From the IMG/VR virus record IMGVR_UViG_3300025288_000090, positions 1-27,546 of that record: DNA of 27,546 nt; one strand, written 5' to 3'. The DNA is from a virus. Lineage: Duplodnaviria > Caudoviricetes. The notes under the pieces are model-generated. The model was given only the letters and a program-made list of their open reading frames with translations. It was not told the DNA's origin and made no database searches. The number at the start of each line of letters is the position of its first letter. The first letter of the stretch is position 1. The translations under genes were made by a program, and so were the position numbers. Of the stretch, positions 26,441 to 27,546 are shown piece after piece.

Positions 26441-26773
26441 TTAAATTAAACTCGAGTAGTCAAAGTCTTCGAGTTCCTTTTCTTTCTTTGTTCTTTGTTC
26501 TGCTTTCATTTGCTCTTTACTCTTTTTGATTTTTAGATGCAGGGGATTTAGACAAAGAGGTGTTGCGCAGGTAGTTTCTAGTCTTTCTTTTTTACTCAAG
26601 ACTAAATTGTTTTCAGTCTCGTATAGAACTCTTTGAAAGTCTTTAACTTTTCCCTCTATCAGAACAGCAGGCTTTCCATTTTTATAAAGGGAGCCGGTAA
26701 AAATTACACACGGGGCGAGGCTTGCGAGAGTAGAAAGGGCAGAATCAGAGGGGCTTACAGTAGGGAAAGGCAT
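26441..26773 (-). CDS. HNH / His-Cys box-like protein, probably degenerate
   Basis: CVIFTGS..KNGKP and ETTCATPLCLNPLHL resemble the C..W.G...GY and H.CD...C.NP.HL motifs of phage HNH proteins. AAAGGA RBS. Confidence 0.7.
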   Translation of the reverse strand: MPFPTVSPSDSALSTLASLAPCVIFTGSLYKNGKPAVLIEGKVKDFQRVLYETENNLVLSKKERLETTCATPLCLNPLHLKIKKSKEQMKAEQRTKKEKELEDFDYSSLI

Positions 26774-26839
26774 AATATATTCCTTTAGAATAAGGGGATT
26801 GAATAGGATAAAGTTAGGGTTGTTCGAGTGCCAGGAATG

Positions 26840-26868
26840 AGTATAACTGGAACTCTCGATGGATACAA
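26840..26868 (-). promoter_or_regulatory. Sigma70-type early promoter driving the replication arm
   Basis: On the - strand: TTGTAT, 17 nt spacer, TATACT, about 65 nt upstream of the first ATG, with an AT-rich tract upstream. Confidence 0.75.
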
Positions 26869-27304
26869 GAGGTTTCGACTTAATTTCTTGATTTCTTGAA
26901 AACTTAATTTTTTTTTCAGTGACGGGGGCAAGGTGCGCGGGAAAATGAGGGGAAAAAGTCCATTCTAAGGGGGGAAAGATTCTATTATGACAGTGACTAC
27001 CTCGGAAAGTCCCCTTTTAAGAGGGGAAATAGAGTAAGTCCTTTAGAAAGGGGTGTCTTAGCGTTATTATTTAGGGTACAAAGTTTTTTATTTTTGGTAT
27101 GGGGGTATAGTCTATCAATCCCTATGCTTATTATAGGGCTTATATCTACTATTCCTCCTCTATTCTGCCCTTCTACCTTCTACCTTCCCCCATTCTACCT
27201 TCCATTATCCGGGCTATCCCTTTAGGGGATTAACTCATAAGACTGACTACCCTGTAGGCGGGACAAAAATCACCCCTTTTTGGTAAATGTTAGCACCCAC
27301 TTCA

Positions 27305-27367
27305 GTTTTTAATTAAGTTTTTAAGTTTTTAAGTTTTCAAGAAATTAAGTTTTTAAGTTTTTAAGTC
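27305..27367. repeat. TTTTTAAG 8-mer tandem tract in the non-coding region
   Basis: Six TTAAGT cores, mostly at 8 nt period, interrupted once by TTTTCAAGAAA. Confidence 0.85.
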
Positions 27368-27409
27368 AGCCAAAAACGCGCCCCCGAAAAATCGCTCCAC
27401 GATAGTTTA

Positions 27410-27449
27410 GTCTATTCTATCCTTCAATTCTATTCTATCCCTCAATTCT
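27410..27449. repeat. Near-perfect tandem repeat (19 nt period)
   Basis: TCTATTCTATCCTTCAAT(T) followed by TCTATTCTATCCCTCAATT. Confidence 0.75.
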
Positions 27450-27546
27450 TGCTCCTTCTTTAACTCACTGTAGGTTTATAGGAATAGGGAAAGAGCAGGG
27501 GGAAGGGGGAAGAATGGAGGGAGCTGATAACCATCTGTCTTACAGT

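Noticed and set aside
27305-27449. Repeat tracts as a CRISPR or mini-array
   Set aside because: Units are 8-19 nt in tandem with no unique spacers of regular length.
1-27546. Stop-codon reassignment (TAG recoding), suggested by the many TAG/CTAG strings
   Set aside because: Code 11 gives long, densely packed, intact ORFs, and TAG ends genes at sensible places (2123, 13588, 22102, 23066).

Overview
A 27.5 kb piece of a lytic-looking tailed dsDNA phage genome with podovirus-type organisation, read in the standard genetic code. Two gene arms converge on one bidirectional hairpin terminator at about 12.6 kb. The + arm (1-12585) carries the end of a tail fibre or spike gene, a lysis cassette (two membrane proteins and a GH24 lysozyme), a tail nozzle-like protein and three probable ejection proteins. 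The - arm (26773-12629) starts at a sigma70-like promoter. It carries a degenerate HNH-like protein, an acidic-tailed protein, a RecD-like SF1B helicase, a Cas4-like nuclease, a Sak4-like ATPase, a probable SSB, a hexapeptide-repeat protein, a family A DNA polymerase, an array of five paralogous small helical proteins, a DUF3987-type ATPase/helicase, a DUF3310 protein and a DEDDh exonuclease. The most unusual points are the five-gene cassette-like paralog array with conserved junctions; a replication arm with no recognisable primase whose PolA has His at the 762 position and a degenerate UDG-like N-terminus; a TTTTAAGT repeat shared by the SSB leader and the terminal non-coding region; and apparent total GATC avoidance alongside abundant CTAG. 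All product calls come from motif recognition by eye; no database search was run.
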